Source of the DNA: a virus
Length of the DNA: 64,000 nucleotides
Strand: one strand, 5' to 3'
Virus record (IMG/VR): IMGVR_UViG_3300037296_000220
Location: 38,535-102,534 of that record
Shown: positions 27,723 through 37,005 of the stretch, one piece after another
Layout: each line of letters begins with the position of its first letter
How positions within the stretch are numbered: position 1 is the first letter of the stretch
Translations under genes and position numbers: made by a program
Notes under the pieces: generated by a model
The model's database searches: none
Told to the model about the DNA's origin: nothing
The model's input: the letters and a program-made list of their open reading frames with translations, nothing else

Positions 27723-28541
27723 TTAGGCCTCGTATCGATCCAGTATGTCTCGGATCAATCCATGTCGAACAATATCGTCCCGGGTGAAGAAGCATGCCTC
27801 TATCCCAGGTACACCGCTCAGACGATCCAGAGCGTCGTCCAGACCGTTGACCTTTATCACACCTCGGCCATCCTTCAGGTCAGACTGCTTGGGGTCGCCG
27901 TTGATCATCAGCTTTGAGCCTTCGCCCAGTCGAGTCAGGAACATTTTCATCTGGCTGGGGGTGCTGTTCTGAGCTTCGTCGAGAATGACGTAGGCGTTCT
28001 TGAAGCTGCGACCGCGCATTAGGGTAAAGGGCGCCGTGCGGATCTTCTCATGCTTGACCATGTACTCGTAGGCTCCGGCACCCAGGCGCTCCTTGAACAC
28101 CTCGACGATCGGCACCAACCAGGGGGCGAACTTCTCTTCTTCGTCACCCGGTAGGAAGCCCATTTCTTCGTCACAGGCACTTTGCGGCCGAGTGATAATG
28201 ACCTGGTCGATTTCATTGTTGCGCAGGGCATCGGCCGCCAGAGCTGCGAACACATAAGTCTTGCCGGTGCCGGCCGGGCCTACACCGAACACGATGTCAT
28301 TGGTTTCCGTGGCCATGATCAGGTGAGCTTGAGCTTCTGTCTTGGCTTCCAGGGGTGGGATTTGCTTGTAGCGCAGAGGCTGGTTTTGGCCATGGCCATA
28401 CATGGACTTGCGAGCTTCGTTCAGTTCAATCTCCAACTCTTTGATGTGATTTTCGTTGACTTCCGGCTTGCGGAGTTCACGCTTGATGTTGCGACGCACT
28501 GAGCGGGTGGCTCGTTTACCTTTCACGTTCTTGGATGACAT
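27723..28541 (-). CDS. phoH: PhoH-family ATPase (probable start MSSKNV)
   Basis: GPAGTGKT, MGFLPG, MRGRSF, DEAQN, GDPKQSD, DIVRH. Confidence 0.93.
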   Translation of the reverse strand: MSSKNVKGKRATRSVRRNIKRELRKPEVNENHIKELEIELNEARKSMYGHGQNQPLRYKQIPPLEAKTEAQAHLIMATETNDIVFGVGPAGTGKTYVFAALAADALRNNEIDQVIITRPQSACDEEMGFLPGDEEEKFAPWLVPIVEVFKERLGAGAYEYMVKHEKIRTAPFTLMRGRSFKNAYVILDEAQNSTPSQMKMFLTRLGEGSKLMINGDPKQSDLKDGRGVIKVNGLDDALDRLSGVPGIEACFFTRDDIVRHGLIRDILDRYEA

Positions 28542-28625
28542 TTGCAATTTCCCACTGTGGTAAAACAAATTGACTGTTGATCGCACCAGGTCTTCACTGC
28601 GGGCCTTGCGGCCCAGTTATCTCGA

Positions 28626-29972
28626 TCACAGAGCCTTTGCGTAGGCGCCAACCATTTCATCTGGTCGACGGTAGAAGTAGACGCCGCCAACAATGGCCAT
28701 GTCCGTCACTTTGATGTACTCCTGATTCACGGAGCCGGTCAGGGTATTGTAATGGGCGATCATGAAACCCTGGTCCCAGTGTTCACCCTCGCAGTAACTG
28801 GCGCTTAACTTGTGACCACACCCAAGCTGGAACCATTGATAGTTGCCGTTCATGACACTGGCTTTGTTCCACAGCGCGACCCGGTGGTGATGGCCATTCC
28901 AGCCTGAGAGGCCCCAGTTGCGCGCATGAGGGTGGTGATGGATCAGCAGAGTGTTGTCATAGACCTTGTAGGACTTCTGCACCTGCTTGCTTTGTTCCGC
29001 TTTGGTGAAGGCACCCAGGTCAGCCTTGGCGATGTAGTTGATCTCGAACTTGTCCAGACCCAGCAGTTGCGAGACAGTCAGGCCATGCAAGTCGGCCAGC
29101 AGCGACTTCATGGCTGGGCTGGCATCGGCCAGGTGACGCAGTAAACGGTATTCGTGGTTACCTTCTACGAAGTCGATCTGTAGATCCGGGTGAGCCTCGC
29201 GGATCGGTTTGAAAATGTGCTCATGGGCGAACTTGATCCGACCGGTCACATCCCACTCCCGCGGGTCCACACTGAACTTGCCAAACTCGGGCAAGTCAAA
29301 AATGTCGCCGCCGAAGTTGAGCACATCCGGGCTCACCAGCTTCACCGACTCTTTCAGCACTCGCAGGAAGAAGGGGTCTACTTCCACATCGTGCAGGTCA
29401 GAACAGCCAATGATGGTTTTGATCGGGCGTTTGGTGTCTTTCAGGTAGCGATCATCGAGTTCACGACGGTCGTTGAAGTCACGGTAATGGTCAGCAGCAA
29501 CGTGCTTGGCCACCTGGCGCGTAACCTGGTGCTGGCTTCGTGACAGCTCCAGCCCGGACTGACGACGAAACTCCAGAAAGGTGCCGAAGTGATGCAGCCA
29601 GACGGAGTCAGCGATGCGGGTTTCATTACGGAAGTGAATGCGGGTGATGTTCTTACCAGGCTGGGCGGCTTGCATCCGGTACAGCAGCTCTTTCAGTTCG
29701 GCTGCCTTGCGCGGCGTCTGGTCGTACATCAGCTCGGGGATGATACTGACCTGGAGCCCGGCAGACCGGTCAATCAGATAGGGGGCCGACTTAGCCTTTT
29801 CAGCGTGTGCCTTGCGAATCTTAGAGGCGCGCTTCTTGGTCGTGCCGTAGGAGTAGCCCAGTTTCTGAGCTACATCGCGGACGGTGGACAGTTCTTCATG
29901 ATCATTCCAGGCTGCGGCGAACGCCTGATCACTGATCACTGGCTTGTTGGTGGAGGTCATAGTTGGTTTCAA
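28626..29972 (-). CDS. Metallophosphoesterase with N-terminal HTH
   Basis: SDLH, GDIFD, GNHE, GHHH; N-terminal RDVAQKLGYSYGT HTH. Confidence 0.8.
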   Translation of the reverse strand: MKPTMTSTNKPVISDQAFAAAWNDHEELSTVRDVAQKLGYSYGTTKKRASKIRKAHAEKAKSAPYLIDRSAGLQVSIIPELMYDQTPRKAAELKELLYRMQAAQPGKNITRIHFRNETRIADSVWLHHFGTFLEFRRQSGLELSRSQHQVTRQVAKHVAADHYRDFNDRRELDDRYLKDTKRPIKTIIGCSDLHDVEVDPFFLRVLKESVKLVSPDVLNFGGDIFDLPEFGKFSVDPREWDVTGRIKFAHEHIFKPIREAHPDLQIDFVEGNHEYRLLRHLADASPAMKSLLADLHGLTVSQLLGLDKFEINYIAKADLGAFTKAEQSKQVQKSYKVYDNTLLIHHHPHARNWGLSGWNGHHHRVALWNKASVMNGNYQWFQLGCGHKLSASYCEGEHWDQGFMIAHYNTLTGSVNQEYIKVTDMAIVGGVYFYRRPDEMVGAYAKAL

Positions 29973-30444
29973 TCCATTCTATCAGGCTGTTGCACTGGGT
30001 TCGGGCTTGGTTGTATCTCACCTGCATACTGTTCAGCTCGGAGACGAGGTCTCTGTATTCAATAAAGGGGGAAGGGCAGGAATCGGCACCATCAATTCCT
30101 CGGGTGGCGGCGTCATCTCCTGGTATCTGACGGGATTCGAGGAGCACGCCTGTAACGCCAGCACTGGTAGTGCAAGCAGCATTAGTTTGGTCATCGATAA
30201 GGGTTTCGATCTGGGCATTGAGTTCTCTCTCTTGCTGTTCCAATTGGGCTTGAGTGCGCTCATGAACACCGATGATCCGGGTGTACTCTTTGACCTGTGC
30301 CTGGTGGTTCTGTACGACCTGGTCAAAGATCGCTGTGGACTCACGCAGGTTGTCGATCTCGCTGGAGTTGTAGCCGGCGAAGTAGCCCAGCACGGCTACC
30401 AGGCCATAGGTCGCGACGGGCTTGAGAAGGGCGCCGTAGTTCAT
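29929..30444 (-). CDS. i-spanin (Rz-like)
   Basis: N-terminal TM segment, coiled coil, Cys residues; after the holin. Confidence 0.8.
   Translation of the reverse strand: MNYGALLKPVATYGLVAVLGYFAGYNSSEIDNLRESTAIFDQVVQNHQAQVKEYTRIIGVHERTQAQLEQQERELNAQIETLIDDQTNAACTTSAGVTGVLLESRQIPGDDAATRGIDGADSCPSPFIEYRDLVSELNSMQVRYNQARTQCNSLIEWIETNYDLHQQASDQ
30033..30194 (-). CDS. o-spanin lipoprotein (Rz1-like), embedded in the i-spanin gene
   Basis: MTKLMLLALPVLALQAC lipobox and Pro-rich mature part in an alternative frame. Confidence 0.8.
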   Translation of the reverse strand: MTKLMLLALPVLALQACSSNPVRYQEMTPPPEELMVPIPALPPLLNTETSSPS

Positions 30445-30803
30445 TTGGGCATCCCCTTCACTTGACCGGCTCCTAGCGTGAGATCCAGCATGTCATCAGT
30501 GGTTTTGAACTTGTTGATGGCTGAATCCAGCGAGTAGCCGACTGCGATCATCATCAACAGGCCACCCACTGTGGACACATCCACCTGGTCCTGGGAGATC
30601 AGCACGACGATGGTCAGCAGCATTGAGAAGAAGGCTTGGGCGGTGGAGTAGGGGGCACTTTTGAAGAAGTAATCGACCAGGGTGGCCTCGATCTCGCTGC
30701 GCCGGCTCTTCTTGCCAAAGTGGAAGAGGGCGCCCAAGATCGCAAAGGCCATGCCCAGCACCACGTCAGGCCACCACATCACGTCCAATAGGGATATGTT
30801 CAC
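30441..30803 (-). CDS. Probable holin
   Basis: Three hydrophobic segments; between endolysin and spanins. Confidence 0.7.
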   Translation of the reverse strand: MNISLLDVMWWPDVVLGMAFAILGALFHFGKKSRRSEIEATLVDYFFKSAPYSTAQAFFSMLLTIVVLISQDQVDVSTVGGLLMMIAVGYSLDSAINKFKTTDDMLDLTLGAGQVKGMPK

Positions 30804-31276
30804 GACTCGTAAACCTCATAGGCTGTCTTGCTGTGCGAGTTCCAGAAGGCGGTCAGGAACTCATGACGTGGCTCTGCTTCGGCCCGGCGGACACCCAGGT
30901 GTATCCACTCGCCGTATTCGTAAATGCACTGATCGATGAAGGGGTACTTTTCACGGTTGTCGTAGATGAACTGGTACATGTCATCGACGGAAACCTTGGG
31001 CGAGGTGAAGTCGATGGCCAGAGCGTCCTTGTGAGCGCTGGTCTTGGAGCCGCCCAGCTTGCGATTCAGACGAGGCGTCCGGTAGCCGCTGGAAATGCTC
31101 ACAGGAACGTCTTTACCGAAATGTTTGGACATGTCATCACGCAGGGTCTGGGCGCACACCGCCAGGAACGCAACGTTATCCATCAACTTTGCCGGGACCG
31201 AGTTGTCGATGCCGTATTTGCGCGCAGTGCGACTGATCGTGAACTCGCTCAGTGGGAAGTTACGAGTTAGCTTCAT
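30800..31276 (-). CDS. Endolysin, peptidase M15 family (start MKLTRNF)
   Basis: SSGYR, SAH...AID, WIH zinc-binding motifs. Confidence 0.88.
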   Translation of the reverse strand: MKLTRNFPLSEFTISRTARKYGIDNSVPAKLMDNVAFLAVCAQTLRDDMSKHFGKDVPVSISSGYRTPRLNRKLGGSKTSAHKDALAIDFTSPKVSVDDMYQFIYDNREKYPFIDQCIYEYGEWIHLGVRRAEAEPRHEFLTAFWNSHSKTAYEVYES

Positions 31277-31649
31277 TCGTTTGTACCTCGACATTGGAAG
31301 ATTGATCCTGCTTGGGCAGCCCGGGCACCATCTTGGAAATGTTCGGGTAGCTGACGACGATGGCCATCGCGAAGAAGATGCTGATAGCGGCAAAGACGAT
31401 GCGCTTGGTGACGTAGAGCTTGATGTCCTTGATCTGCTTGGACACCTCAGTGAAGCTGGCGTGGTGCAGCATGTGTTGCGTTGAATCGATGCCGAGAACG
31501 TCGTGGATCTCTGACCGAATGGTTTGAGTCAGGTCGTGGCGCATCTGCAAACCCTGAAGCTGATTGCGGGCCTCCATTGCCTGAGCGGACTCTGTCATTG
31601 CGTCTCGGATGATTTGACGGATTTCGCGTTCGCTCAATTGTTCAGCCAC
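31260..31649 (-). CDS. Membrane protein at the start of the lysis cassette (holin/antiholin-like)
   Basis: Single C-terminal TM segment; follows a late-type promoter. Confidence 0.6.
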   Translation of the reverse strand: MAEQLSEREIRQIIRDAMTESAQAMEARNQLQGLQMRHDLTQTIRSEIHDVLGIDSTQHMLHHASFTEVSKQIKDIKLYVTKRIVFAAISIFFAMAIVVSYPNISKMVPGLPKQDQSSNVEVQTNEANS

Positions 31650-31674
31650 TACAGATCACCTTTTGGGTATGCGG

Positions 31675-31704
31675 CGAATATACCACACTTAGTTGTTTGT
31701 TTGA
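31675..31704 (-). promoter_or_regulatory. Late-type promoter for lysis genes
   Basis: CAAACAAACAACTAAGTG-TGG-TATATT; 30 bp identical to 59096-59125. Confidence 0.7.
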
Positions 31705-31764
31705 TATACCCGCACAGCAAAAACTGGCGGGTTTTTCTATTTCCGATAATGAGAATTACAGGAA

Positions 31765-32061
31765 TTAAGAGGGGTCTTTGGGCACCAAGTCCCAATAATG
31801 ATGCGGCAACTGTCTGCGACGCTTCTCTGCGATGTAACTGCCCTCGCAGTGCTTCACGGTTCGCCCTGTAGCGTCCTGAGACGTGTCCCAGAAGAACAGG
31901 GTGTCAATGATATTGCGCATGACTGCCCAGCGCTTGTAGCGCTTCCCAAGTCGATAGGTAGCTGCACTCAAGGTTTCATCGGCGTAACCCAGCAGCAAAG
32001 CGGCCAGAACCTGATCAATAGCGATCAGTGTGGCCCATATTCGTTTTTTCATTAGCGTCAC
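31765..32061 (-). CDS. Small conserved phage protein
   Basis: AIDQ....DETLSA....IDTLFFW...HC pattern often found beside tail fibre genes. Confidence 0.7.
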   Translation of the reverse strand: MTLMKKRIWATLIAIDQVLAALLLGYADETLSAATYRLGKRYKRWAVMRNIIDTLFFWDTSQDATGRTVKHCEGSYIAEKRRRQLPHHYWDLVPKDPS

Positions 32062-32822
32062 TCTATGGCTTTTAAGGAAGTGATGTCGCCGGCTTCATAG
32101 GCCGCCCACACCAGGTCTACCTTGTGCTGCCGAAGTCCTTCAATGGAAGCGGCAGCGGTTCGGTATTCATTTGCTCGATACAACACCCGCTGCGCCAGTT
32201 CATCAAGGGGAATACCGCGACTGGCAGAAAGTACGGACAACACCGGCAGTTCAACCGGGTCCGTCAGCGGGTTCTCAATCACCAGTTTGGCCTCCCTTTC
32301 CTGGTCTGCCCAGGTCAGTTTGGCAAAGTCTGGATAATCCGCTGTGAGGGCTGAAACCGCTATGGAAGCCTGCTCTTTCAAGCTGAGTATCTTCGCATCT
32401 CTAACGGCGGTCAGGTGTTGTGCGGCGTCAATCTTGCCAAGTTCGGCCATCTCTTCAATGGTCGAGTCGACAATCGTTTGGTTCTCTTCATCCACGTACT
32501 GATTCGTCATCAGCTCAAGCACACCCTCTTGAACCAGGTCAAAGTGCGTTTTGGGTAAGACACTTTCCCCTTGCACTTTCTCCAGTACGGTACCTGGCGG
32601 AAGACCGTCAGAGCCGTCAGAAACAGAGAGGGTTATGAGGCCATCAGCGATCAAGTCCACCAAGGGCCTCATGTCCCAGTTTTCATCAAACCGGCGTATG
32701 TCATCCCCTTGATAGATGCCGCCGGCCAGATCGACGAGCTGATAACCCTCTGTCACAGGGTGGTCATCTGGCACCGAGAGGATTTCCGTAACAATAAAGT
32801 CTTCTACTTTGATCAGTTCCAT
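32058..32822 (-). CDS. Tail fibre assembly-like protein
   Basis: YP....TW..QEREA....LSASRGI...L..RV pattern; directly after the fibre. Confidence 0.7.
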   Translation of the reverse strand: MELIKVEDFIVTEILSVPDDHPVTEGYQLVDLAGGIYQGDDIRRFDENWDMRPLVDLIADGLITLSVSDGSDGLPPGTVLEKVQGESVLPKTHFDLVQEGVLELMTNQYVDEENQTIVDSTIEEMAELGKIDAAQHLTAVRDAKILSLKEQASIAVSALTADYPDFAKLTWADQEREAKLVIENPLTDPVELPVLSVLSASRGIPLDELAQRVLYRANEYRTAAASIEGLRQHKVDLVWAAYEAGDITSLKAIE

Positions 32823-32826
32823 GCGA

Positions 32827-35800
32827 TTAGCTCACCTTTACCCATACTCGAATAGTTCTGTTTCGGGGCCTCGTTTCGGACCCACCCTCGTAGGCTGTGT
32901 AGGCAGTGCCACCACTAGGGGATCTGTTTTCTAGGGCCCCCGGGCTGCTCCCTCCATTTGCAGTTCTCAGAGAGTGACGGTGACTTCTCAATTCATCACC
33001 TTGAATCCCTGCTCCAAAACTCGATGCTCCACTACCAGGTGTGCGGAAAAAGATGCCCTCATTATCAAAGATGGCTGACCAGCTACCTCCAAACAGTGAT
33101 GCGGGAGTCGAGCGCCCCGGGAATTGGATATAGGTCATGCCCACCGGGATAATCTCTCGGCCGGCAACTCTCGGCATGTTGATGAACTCATTGGCGCCAC
33201 CAAACCGAGTGCCGTTTGATTCCGTAAAGGCGATACCCAGATAGTTGCTGAAATCACTAGGTTCGATTGAGCCCGATAGGTAGATCGATGAAGACCAACC
33301 AAAGAAGTCCCAATGAGAGTGACTGTATGTCCCTAAAATTAAAGAGCTGCGGGTTGCCTGAAAGATGTACCCGCTCTGACTAGCTATTAACTGACCAATC
33401 AGTCCATAGCAACCAATCATGACGACTGTGGCATCTTGGGAGTAAATTGCTCTCAACCTTTCCAGTCTGATATGGCAATCGACCAAAAACAGGGTGTCAT
33501 TATTGTTCGAGCTAGACAGATCCAGTGTACTCTCCCCTCCCGACAGAGAAGACCTGATACCAACCAATTCACAACCTGACGCATAAAGCGTGTCGCCTGT
33601 AGAAGCTGTGGAGACGTTGTACCCAACGCTCAAACTGGCTATGTTCAACTTGGCACCAAAGGCACTTATCACACTGTAGGCCGGGTTGTTCGACTTGATC
33701 GTGCAGACAAAGCGTGGCGATGAGGCTCCGTTGCGTATCGTCATTGCTGGAGCGTTGTCGTTATCATTGCTGATGTTGACGCTGCCCTGTAGCGTAATTC
33801 TGGAGTAGTCACCACTGAGCGTCACCGGGTCCAGCTGGGTGAAGTTCATTGCGATTATGTTGACTTCCGCCCCTTGACTCAAAATCAGAGACTGAGCGTA
33901 ATCCAGAGCTTCCATCAATTCGCTGAAATCACCAGTGGGAGTCCCATCACTTAAAGGGTTTTGCAAAGTGAATGAGTAATAGCGACTACCTGTAGCCCTA
34001 CTGGTGCCACTGATGTTCACATCGACAAAGTTACCTTCTTGTACCTCGAACCCTTTCAGCTCGAAAATGTCATCCCCTGGAATCACCCTGAAAGACTTGG
34101 TGGCGTTACCAATGTGCAAGCCTGGCTTGGTGCCATCAAAGCCCATGTACCAGCCATTGGTGACACTGTTCAGCGTCGTCTTCCCTGCCCCAATACCACC
34201 TTTGGTGATTACGGTGCTGGCCTCCAACTTGTCCTTGGTTAGGTCAGCGGTAGTACGCCAGGCACTGAACTTGTAAATGCGAAGCTCAAAGGTGTCCGGG
34301 TGTATCCAGATGCTGCCGTCTTCGGGGTTAAAAGGTGCTGCAGTCTGGCGATAGATGCTGTTTTTGGTGGCGCCGGCGGCTACGGTGTTGAGCTTCAGTG
34401 TCAGAGCATTGATGCCTGGGAAGTCGTCGGCTAGCATGACAAAGGGTCTGGCCATTTGCTGCGACAGAACATCGTGAGGCGGGGTCTCGTTGTAGTAGTG
34501 GTAGACGCGCTGCTGCTGGAGGGTCTGTCCAGCACGCTGACGGAACTCTCTGATGTTTTGAACCATTTGGCCATCTGACACTCGATAGATGCCAGCTAGC
34601 CCAGTATCCCCACCGTCATACCCTTCAGGGTGAACTACCCCAATCATCAAGTACCAATCACCATTAGTGGGCAAGTCTCCCGACCAGAAATAGGGGTTTG
34701 AATCGACTGAACCGCCCAGGCTTTCAGTGTATGAGGTGCCGCAACCAATATAGGATGAGCCGTCATAGTCGAACCTCTTCATGTAGACGCCGTGTATGTA
34801 AGTTTTGGCCGGGTCTACCGTAAAAGCATCCGTATTCCAGCCGCCGTCGGCGTCGTCGGCGCTGTTGGGGTAGCACTCCCAGAGGGTGTCTACGGTCTCG
34901 AAAGGTCCAAGGCCGACTGCGATACGGTTCTCTGTTGCATTCCCATTGCGGTTAAACCCTGGCTGGGTGCCGGTTGAGCCAACCACCCACGCATTAGGGT
35001 TCAGCAGGTTCCCGGAGCCACCGATTTTACTCCATGAGTAAGCCGCCGGGTTGGTCGATTCGGTAGATGAAGCCTTATTGTAGGCCAAGCCGATATACTT
35101 GCGGGCGCCCGGGTCTCCGTTGGTGAAGTTTAGTGTACCTGTTGGGCTGTCCGCATAGGCCAACCAGGTGTATAAACTTTCACCATTTGGGCCTACAGAC
35201 CCTTGAATACCCTGCGGCCCTTGAGATCCAGTTGGGCCTTGTGGCCCAGTATCCCCGGTCGCACCCTTTATTAAAGACCATGAGTAGTCAGCCGGGTTCG
35301 TAGACTCAGTTGATGAGGTTTTATTGTAAGCCAAGCCAATATAGGTGCGCGTACCTGGCGCCCCATTGGTGAATGATGATGTCCCAGTGCTGTTGTTGGC
35401 GTAAGCGACCCAGGTGTAGAGAGATTGCCCGGTTGAACCTGTTGGCCCCTGAACACCCTGCGGGCCTTGAACGCCCTGTTGCCCTGTTGCCCCTTGAGGA
35501 CCATCTTTGGCCAACGGAGCCCAGCCGGTAGACTTGTAGACCCGGGATTGCTTGAGTGTGGTGTCGTAGTAGAACCAGTTTACCTGGGGTGACGCTGGGG
35601 CTGTCGCCAACTCGCCCTGCCAGACCAAGGCGTGCTCGTTCAGGATTGCGTCATCAGCAGGCTTGTCCGACAAGTTGCTCCAGCCGGTAGATCCCGCACC
35701 GATCGTCAACTTCCCGCTCAGCTCGATGTTGCGCAGCTTCAGGGTGTTGTTTTCATAGTAGAGGTCGGCATTGTCAGTATCCGGGTTCACGATCTCGAAC

Positions 35801-36951
35801 CGATCGGCAATCATCGAGAAGGTGCCGGTCGTGCCGTCGTTCTGCTGAACAATACCAGTCACGCGCCCGTTCACGTCCAGGGTCACGCTGTTGATAGCGT
35901 TGATCTTGGTGCCCTGCTGATCAACGGTGGAACTCAGTGAGTTGACGGTGGTGATCAATCCAACGTTCGACCCGCCGTCACCGGCAACTGTCAAGGTTAG
36001 GGTGTCAACCTGGGAGACCAAACCTGTTGAGGTTCCATCCCCATTCAGTATGAGATTAACATTGCTGACTGCTGTATTGGTCCCAATTAGAGACTGGCTT
36101 TGCGAGCTGACGCTGCCCAATAGTTGGGTTGTTAAATCTGAAAGCGTCTGATTGTCATTCGACAGAGTTGTTATGGACTGTTGAATGTTCGCAATGGAAC
36201 CATTTGTGGACGCTTCAAAGGTGTCGATGCGCGAGGTTAGCTGACTATCGGCAGTTTCCAGGGCAATCACTTTCTGACTGTAGGCGTTAGAAAGAGCGCT
36301 CAAGTCATTAGTGATGACCGTGACGGAGTCGTTCAGCGCCGTCTGATCTAGCTCATATCCCCCACCGACATTCAGAAAAGCGTCAACCTGGCTCTGTACA
36401 GCACTGGCTGCGTTACTGGCTGCTGTGGCGGCATCGTTGGCGGCCGTGACCGCATCCGAAATAGTGGGCAACTGACCAAAATCATCCTCAAGCTGAGTCA
36501 GCTCAGCCCGGAACCCGTCGACGATGTCCTGTAAGGCCGAAGGTGAAGTGTACAGTTCGACAACCCCGAACCGGTCGGTCATGGGGTACTTGCCGTCGCT
36601 GTTTGGTCCACCGTCAGGCGTCCCGTTCAACCAGTCGCGAAACTCATTCAGACTGGTTTGGCGACCCACCAGAAACTCTTCGATCTTTTCGACCACCGAT
36701 ACCGTAATCGACTCAGGCTGTGGCGAGCGAATGATGAAGTAGTCCAGGGTTGCGTCCGCATCCGTCCAGGCTGTGTGCAGTAGGATGGTGCTTGCATCAA
36801 CAACGTTGTCCAGGTGAAACAGCTTCAAAGAGCCGGCTTCTACCGCAACCAGGTCGCCCGGGTGTGCATTAGTGACGAAGTCAGCCCCAGTCGCTGTCGC
36901 GTACTGTTGACCCTGAACAAAAGACAACTGACCAAACTGATACCAACTCAT
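32827..36951 (-). CDS. Long mosaic tail fibre / receptor-binding protein
   Basis: Coiled coil, collagen Gly-X-Y repeats, C-terminal PVGM.Y...ETRPRN motif. Confidence 0.85.
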   Translation of the reverse strand: MSWYQFGQLSFVQGQQYATATGADFVTNAHPGDLVAVEAGSLKLFHLDNVVDASTILLHTAWTDADATLDYFIIRSPQPESITVSVVEKIEEFLVGRQTSLNEFRDWLNGTPDGGPNSDGKYPMTDRFGVVELYTSPSALQDIVDGFRAELTQLEDDFGQLPTISDAVTAANDAATAASNAASAVQSQVDAFLNVGGGYELDQTALNDSVTVITNDLSALSNAYSQKVIALETADSQLTSRIDTFEASTNGSIANIQQSITTLSNDNQTLSDLTTQLLGSVSSQSQSLIGTNTAVSNVNLILNGDGTSTGLVSQVDTLTLTVAGDGGSNVGLITTVNSLSSTVDQQGTKINAINSVTLDVNGRVTGIVQQNDGTTGTFSMIADRFEIVNPDTDNADLYYENNTLKLRNIELSGKLTIGAGSTGWSNLSDKPADDAILNEHALVWQGELATAPASPQVNWFYYDTTLKQSRVYKSTGWAPLAKDGPQGATGQQGVQGPQGVQGPTGSTGQSLYTWVAYANNSTGTSSFTNGAPGTRTYIGLAYNKTSSTESTNPADYSWSLIKGATGDTGPQGPTGSQGPQGIQGSVGPNGESLYTWLAYADSPTGTLNFTNGDPGARKYIGLAYNKASSTESTNPAAYSWSKIGGSGNLLNPNAWVVGSTGTQPGFNRNGNATENRIAVGLGPFETVDTLWECYPNSADDADGGWNTDAFTVDPAKTYIHGVYMKRFDYDGSSYIGCGTSYTESLGGSVDSNPYFWSGDLPTNGDWYLMIGVVHPEGYDGGDTGLAGIYRVSDGQMVQNIREFRQRAGQTLQQQRVYHYYNETPPHDVLSQQMARPFVMLADDFPGINALTLKLNTVAAGATKNSIYRQTAAPFNPEDGSIWIHPDTFELRIYKFSAWRTTADLTKDKLEASTVITKGGIGAGKTTLNSVTNGWYMGFDGTKPGLHIGNATKSFRVIPGDDIFELKGFEVQEGNFVDVNISGTSRATGSRYYSFTLQNPLSDGTPTGDFSELMEALDYAQSLILSQGAEVNIIAMNFTQLDPVTLSGDYSRITLQGSVNISNDNDNAPAMTIRNGASSPRFVCTIKSNNPAYSVISAFGAKLNIASLSVGYNVSTASTGDTLYASGCELVGIRSSLSGGESTLDLSSSNNNDTLFLVDCHIRLERLRAIYSQDATVVMIGCYGLIGQLIASQSGYIFQATRSSLILGTYSHSHWDFFGWSSSIYLSGSIEPSDFSNYLGIAFTESNGTRFGGANEFINMPRVAGREIIPVGMTYIQFPGRSTPASLFGGSWSAIFDNEGIFFRTPGSGASSFGAGIQGDELRSHRHSLRTANGGSSPGALENRSPSGGTAYTAYEGGSETRPRNRTIRVWVKVS

Positions 36952-36977
36952 GAACTGCTCCCGATTCTGATGGCGCC

Positions 36978-37005
36978 GATTATACCAAACTTAGTTGTTT
37001 GTGTG
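36978..37005 (-). promoter_or_regulatory. Late-type promoter for the tail fibre
   Basis: CACACAAACAACTAAGTT-TGG-TATAAT. Confidence 0.7.

Noticed and set aside
35030-35520. Fibre repeats as a diversity-generating retroelement TR/VR pair
   Set aside because: Both copies are in-frame coding, differences are not adenine-specific, and no reverse transcriptase is in the window
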